Virus genome (UHGV): UHGV-1833968
DNA length: 11,260 nt
Reading direction: 5' to 3' (one strand)
DNA from: a virus
Part shown: positions 7,627-11,260 of the stretch, piece after piece
Layout of the letters: every line of letters begins with the position of its first letter
How positions within the stretch are numbered: position 1 is the stretch's first letter
Notes under the pieces: model-generated
The model's database searches: none
The model's input: only the letters and a program-made list of their open reading frames with translations
Told to the model about the DNA's origin: nothing
Program-made: the position numbers and the translations under genes

Positions 7627-8039
7627 AATTCCCGCCCCTCAAGACGCTGACGACAGGCTTTACGTATCAGCCGGAAAAACAGCGACGCCACAAGATAAAT
7701 CAGCGCGGTAAAAATCCACCCGGCAGCGACCAGCGAGATAAACGTCGCCACCATCACCACCAGAGCCGCTGCCCGTCTGCGCCACGGCACCGGCTGCAAA
7801 AACAGCGACGTGACAATCTTCACGGCCAGCGATTCCGGCGGCAGCTCTCGCCCGTAGCGTTCCAGCACATACTCAGTGGCATACACGCCGACACCAACGG
7901 CAACCACACAGATAACCGTCGCCAGAATCGCCCAGGCAGCGACAAAATTGACTGCCACGCTCTGCGGGTAAATCAGGGACAGTGCCAGCATCAGCGCCAG
8001 CGACACATTCAGCATCAGTGAAAGGGATAATTTCTTCAT
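7614..8039 (-). CDS. lysA: Lysis regulatory membrane protein LysA (putative antiholin)
   Basis: 141-aa ORF with multiple hydrophobic segments (MKKLSLSLMLNVSLALMLALSLIY...AAWAILATVICVVAVGVGVYA...). GGAG ribosome-binding site 9 nt upstream. Same size and position as P2 lysA. Confidence 0.85.
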   Translation of the reverse strand: MKKLSLSLMLNVSLALMLALSLIYPQSVAVNFVAAWAILATVICVVAVGVGVYATEYVLERYGRELPPESLAVKIVTSLFLQPVPWRRRAAALVVMVATFISLVAAGWIFTALIYLVASLFFRLIRKACRQRLEGRELCQS

Positions 8040-8053
8040 GGTGTTTACTCCGT

Positions 8054-8551
8054 TTAAGCCGGTACGCCGCCAGCGGTACGCCAGACGGTGACCAGTTTTT
8101 CCAGTGGATGCTCACGCTGACCGTAACCGGCACCCGGCAGGGACGCCCAGATATTGCGACAGCGTGACATGGCGCGCTCAATGCGTCCCGCCCGGATGTC
8201 ATCCAGTGCACCGCGTTCGCGGATCAACTGAATGGCGAGCCTGTCCTGTGACAACGGACTGAAATCCGGCAGGGCAAGCTGTTTGCGGTAATGCGGCCAG
8301 AACAGGTAAAGCTGCTGATAGCGACCGGAGGCCGTGGATTTTTCACCGCGACGGTTAAACACCTTCGCCGGTCGGCCATGTGCGAACGGGTGGTCACTGT
8401 AGTCGGTGAAAATTTCCGGCTTTCCGTCCAGTCCGGTGACTATCACGTCATAGCCCCGGTTTTTCGTCAGCGGATGATTCGCCGTCCCTTCGGACACGGC
8501 CAGCATGTCGAGAAAGGCGGCGATATTCTGATGCGTGTTAATTACCGGCAT
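8054..8551 (-). CDS. K: Endolysin (lambda R-like lytic transglycosylase; P2 gpK-like)
   Basis: 165-aa ORF with the catalytic-region motif FLDMLAVSEGT and C-terminal IWASLPGAGYGQ, both strongly reminiscent of the lambda R transglycosylase. Start overlaps the holin stop by 1 nt. Confidence 0.9.
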   Translation of the reverse strand: MPVINTHQNIAAFLDMLAVSEGTANHPLTKNRGYDVIVTGLDGKPEIFTDYSDHPFAHGRPAKVFNRRGEKSTASGRYQQLYLFWPHYRKQLALPDFSPLSQDRLAIQLIRERGALDDIRAGRIERAMSRCRNIWASLPGAGYGQREHPLEKLVTVWRTAGGVPA

Positions 8552-8832
8552 TACGGTTTCCCCCTGCCCTTAAAACGGCGCTGAATGGCAATCTCAATCA
8601 CCTGATAACCGGCGATGCCCAGCATGGAGCCGATGCCGCACACCGCAGGCAGTGACAGGTCAGGAAACTGCACCAGAACAACACCGGCAACCATCGAGAC
8701 AAAACCACCGAGCAACATGCGACCGATAAACAGACGCGGGGTGATGGGTTCACCACCGGCAAGCACCTTGCCGACAACAATCAGCACCCCAATCATGAAA
8801 AGCGACAGGACGCTTTTTTCTTCTGCTGTCAT
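8551..8832 (-). CDS. Y: Holin (P2 gpY-like)
   Basis: 93-aa ORF with hydrophobic transmembrane segments and a basic C-terminus (..RRFKGRGKP). Sits immediately upstream of the endolysin. Confidence 0.88.
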   Translation of the reverse strand: MTAEEKSVLSLFMIGVLIVVGKVLAGGEPITPRLFIGRMLLGGFVSMVAGVVLVQFPDLSLPAVCGIGSMLGIAGYQVIEIAIQRRFKGRGKP

Positions 8833-8835
8833 GCG

Positions 8836-9039
8836 TTACTCCCACAGATTGACAGTTTCAGCCACGGGCGCGGTCTGAACGTCGGGCAGTTCGACGGCGG
8901 TGCCGTGTGGCAGCACCGCACCCAGTTCAGCCAGTCCCGGATTTGCGGCGAGCACGGCCTCGACCACGCCCTCAGTGCGCCCGTAATACCGGACACAAAT
9001 GGCGTCGAGCGTGTCGCCCTGTAGCGCAAAGGTCTTCAT
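8836..9039 (-). CDS. X: Tail protein X (P2 gpX-like, LysM-like fold)
   Basis: The track ORF 8836..9108 has an internal Met giving the 67-aa product MKTFALQGDTLDAICVRYYGRTEGVVEAVLAANPGLAELG..., the size of P2 X. Its ATG overlaps the L stop (ATGA at 9037-9041). The 23-aa upstream extension is rejected. Confidence 0.82.
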   Translation of the reverse strand: MKTFALQGDTLDAICVRYYGRTEGVVEAVLAANPGLAELGAVLPHGTAVELPDVQTAPVAETVNLWE

Positions 9040-9548
9040 CAGATTTGACTCACGATGCAGCGCGGCTTGTCCTGGATACGCGCCACTGCCCAGCGCATAT
9101 CCCGCCACAGCTCATCAATGGTGCTGTCTATGCTGTCGGCCTTTTTGTCGCCTTTCGCACTGGCATCCACGCCGCGATAACGCTCATAAAGCGATGCGGT
9201 CGCCATCGCACACACGGCGCGCTCGTAGTAAAAAACTTTGATGCTTTCACCGTCGATGTCGTCCGCCGGGACGTCCGCCAGACGCGTAAAACCGGCAGCA
9301 ATTTTCTGTTCGCGGTACTCGTACAGCTCCGCATTCGTCTCCGCCATGCCTGACTTGATGGCCTCACGCAGACGGGCGGGGGCGACGGTCTGCTCAAGGC
9401 GCATACGTTCCCGGACGCGCTTCGGGTCGATATCGGGAAAAAAGAACGTGTTTTTAATCACCGGCTCGTCGCCTGCCGGTTGCGGGATGACCACCGTACC
9501 CTCACCGGACACGGGAGCCTCCTTTCGCGGAATAATCAGCGTCATCAT
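9039..9548 (-). CDS. L: Head completion / stabilisation protein L (P2 gpL-like)
   Basis: 169-aa product starting MMTLIIPRKEAP... with an AGAGG Shine-Dalgarno 5 nt upstream. The track ORF extends 20 aa further (start 9608) with no ribosome-binding site; the shorter start matches P2 L length. Confidence 0.82.
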   Translation of the reverse strand: MMTLIIPRKEAPVSGEGTVVIPQPAGDEPVIKNTFFFPDIDPKRVRERMRLEQTVAPARLREAIKSGMAETNAELYEYREQKIAAGFTRLADVPADDIDGESIKVFYYERAVCAMATASLYERYRGVDASAKGDKKADSIDSTIDELWRDMRWAVARIQDKPRCIVSQI

Positions 9549-9647
9549 GACTACCTCTGAAAAGTCGGGCGGTGGACGCCGGTACAGCGTCAGGTGATTC
9601 ACCCTCACTGACCGGCGTGCCGCCCTGGCGCGGGGCGCATTCGGTTG

Positions 9648-10391
9648 TTAACTGGCTTTCTTTTTCGGGCGTCCACGTTTTGCCGGTGTCACGCTCCGGG
9701 TCTTACGCGGGGTACGGGTGGCCGCTTTGGGCTGCGGCTCCGGCTTCGGTTTCAGCTCCCGCTCCAGTCGTTCAATCTCTTTTTTGACACCTGCCTGACA
9801 GTCGAGCTGTGTCGCACGTTGCAGGTGAGCCAGCGCACCGGCGGCATCACCACCATCACGCAGAAACAGACCGGTGATTTTGTGCAGCTTTGCGCGCACT
9901 TCATCAGGCATGTCAGCCGTGGCGGTCAGTTCAAGGGTCTCCGTCAGCAGGCGGGTATCCACAGACTCACCGGCAGCGTGAGCACGCATGGCCGCGAGCG
10001 CCACCTCCTCGGTGAACATGTATGGCGGGGTGCGGCGGTGTTTACCCGGCATGGTCAGACCGTACTTCAGGGCATAACGGGCAATCTCCAGCGCACCGGC
10101 AATATCGCCGGTATCCAGACGCCACAGCATGACCGTCATCAGAATGTCATCCTGTGCACCTTTGCCCTGCTCCAGCACGCCGTTCACCCACGGCAACCAG
10201 AACGGCAGCAGTTCGCGTTTTTTCGCGGCCTTCAGCTCTTTTGAATAAATCGCTTTCAGTGTGCGCTGGTCTGCGGCGAGCTTAACCAGCATCTGCTCAT
10301 AGACAGTTGCATGTCGCAGCGGGGCGGCTTCCCGCTGCGCGGTTATCGCTGCCGAGACCCGCATCATGTGGCGCTGTGCGGGACTCGTCAT
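9648..10391 (-). CDS. M: Terminase endonuclease (small) subunit M (P2 gpM-like)
   Basis: 247-aa ORF (MTSPAQRHMMRVSAAITAQREAA...) with a highly basic C-terminal tail (TPRKTRSVTPAKRGRPKKKAS). Same size as P2 M; directly follows N after a 3-nt gap. Confidence 0.9.
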   Translation of the reverse strand: MTSPAQRHMMRVSAAITAQREAAPLRHATVYEQMLVKLAADQRTLKAIYSKELKAAKKRELLPFWLPWVNGVLEQGKGAQDDILMTVMLWRLDTGDIAGALEIARYALKYGLTMPGKHRRTPPYMFTEEVALAAMRAHAAGESVDTRLLTETLELTATADMPDEVRAKLHKITGLFLRDGGDAAGALAHLQRATQLDCQAGVKKEIERLERELKPKPEPQPKAATRTPRKTRSVTPAKRGRPKKKAS

Positions 10392-10394
10392 CGG

Positions 10395-11260
10395 TTACGC
10401 TCCCGGCTCTGCGGTCGCCTTAGCCGGTGTGGAGAAATCACCGACCTTAATTTTTTCCACCAGACAACCGGCGGCGTAGTCCTCCACCACGTAATCAATG
10501 TTCATTGACTCGTAGTTCTCCACGCGGTCGAGTTTCGGGTTTTCCTCAATCACGCGGCGATGGCTGTCATCCATGTAGTAGATGGACAGGTTTTCCAGCT
10601 TCGTGATGAGCATCGCATCCGCCGGGAAGTACGGGACGCGTACCGCTGGCAGGTTGCCGATGCGTTTCTGGCTGATGATGACGTCAGCGGCCAGCATTTC
10701 GCTGTTGTCCTGCTCCTTGTTGACGATGGGGAAATACTTGTCCGCCAGTAGCTGACGCCCCACAATCACCACAAGGTCAGGGTCTTCCTGATACCACGGT
10801 TCAATCAGGTTGTTGGTCGCATCCATCACCAGTGCATCAAGGCTGGCATAATCACCGCCCTTACCCACGCGGATGACCTCAGAGGTGGTGTGCCCTTCCT
10901 CGTCAGTGACCTTGCTCATCACGCGCGCCGGGGCTTCATTGCGGTATTTCTGCAGCCAGCCGACCGCCACATCCTGCAACATCGGATTGCTGCTGCGGTC
11001 AGAGGTTTCGGCACGCTTCACGCCGTTAAAACCGGCCATGATGAAATCAAGGGACTGGCGTTTGATAATGGCGTTACGGATACGGAGCTGGAAATCCTGA
11101 TAACGCGCCCACAGGTCCAGCGTTTTGTAGCGGATATAAAAATCGAAGTTAATCTGGTCGCATTCGTACTTGTTTGACGCCAGCTTCGAGAAGTCCTTCG
11201 GCTGACGTTCGGTGCCACCGGCGGGGGCGGGGGGGCTGGGGGTGGGGGCGAATTTCAGGA
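10395..11260 (-). CDS. N: Major capsid protein N (P2 gpN-like), 5'-partial: start lies beyond the right window edge
   Basis: The reading frame is open from the stop at 10395 to the window end; I translated 11040-11260 by hand and it continues in frame (...LKFAPTPSPPAPAGGTERQPKDFSKLASNKYECDQINFDFYIRYKTLDLWARYQDFQLRIRNAIIKRQSLDFIMAGFNG...). The track's Met at 11039 is internal. C-terminus ...KVGDFSTPAKATAEPGA. Confidence 0.9.
   Translation of the reverse strand, partial: LKFAPTPSPPAPAGGTERQPKDFSKLASNKYECDQINFDFYIRYKTLDLWARYQDFQLRIRNAIIKRQSLDFIMAGFNGVKRAETSDRSSNPMLQDVAVGWLQKYRNEAPARVMSKVTDEEGHTTSEVIRVGKGGDYASLDALVMDATNNLIEPWYQEDPDLVVIVGRQLLADKYFPIVNKEQDNSEMLAADVIISQKRIGNLPAVRVPYFPADAMLITKLENLSIYYMDDSHRRVIEENPKLDRVENYESMNIDYVVEDYAAGCLVEKIKVGDFSTPAKATAEPGA
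11221..11249. repeat. G-run tract on the plus strand (G5-c-G7-ct-G5-t-G5) with G-quadruplex potential; encodes a Pro-rich segment of the capsid protein
   Basis: Plus strand gcgggggcgggggggctgggggtgggggcg. On the coding (minus) strand this is C-rich and translates in frame as ...APTPSPPAPAGG... within N. Confidence 0.5.

Noticed and set aside
9040-9108. 23-aa N-terminal extension of X in the track ORF
   Set aside because: The internal Met gives the 67-aa P2 X length and overlaps the L stop in an ATGA coupling arrangement.
9549-9608. 20-aa N-terminal extension of L (MRVNHLTLYRRPPPDFSEVV) in the track ORF
   Set aside because: No Shine-Dalgarno before 9608, whereas AGAGG precedes the MMTLI start at 9548. 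The shorter product matches the P2 L length (169 aa).
10395-11039. Treating the 214-aa track ORF as a complete gene
   Set aside because: Hand translation shows the frame stays open to the window end and continues as capsid sequence; the Met at 11039 is internal to N.
1-11260. CRISPR array, tRNA, rRNA, IS element or integrase
   Set aside because: No regularly spaced direct repeats, no cloverleaf-compatible or rRNA-like segments, no transposase or recombinase ORFs, and no terminal inverted repeats flanking an ORF were seen.

Overview
This window is almost entirely the late structural and lysis gene block of a P2-like (Peduovirus-type) temperate phage or prophage from an enterobacterial host, all on the minus strand. 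Read in the direction of transcription (high to low coordinates) the order is: major capsid N (5' end beyond the right edge), small terminase M, head completion L, tail protein X, holin Y, endolysin K, lysA, lysB with embedded lysC, tail completion R and S, baseplate V, W, J, I, a 911-aa tail fibre H, and tail fibre assembly G. Gene order, sizes and start/stop overlaps match the P2 architecture. The plus-strand ORFs in the track are all antisense to these genes and I treat them as spurious. I do not see a complete novel system inside the window. The most interesting parts are: (1) the leftmost 421 bp, a stop-rich non-coding stretch with nested perfect inverted repeats, sitting where P2-like phages carry their variable Z/fun cargo locus; (2) a mosaic tail fibre with a triplicated internal module and an AT-rich distal end; (3) a G-run tract with G-quadruplex potential inside the capsid gene at the right edge. 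No tRNA, rRNA, CRISPR array, integrase or IS element is detectable. All homology statements are from recall of P2 protein families, not from a database search.
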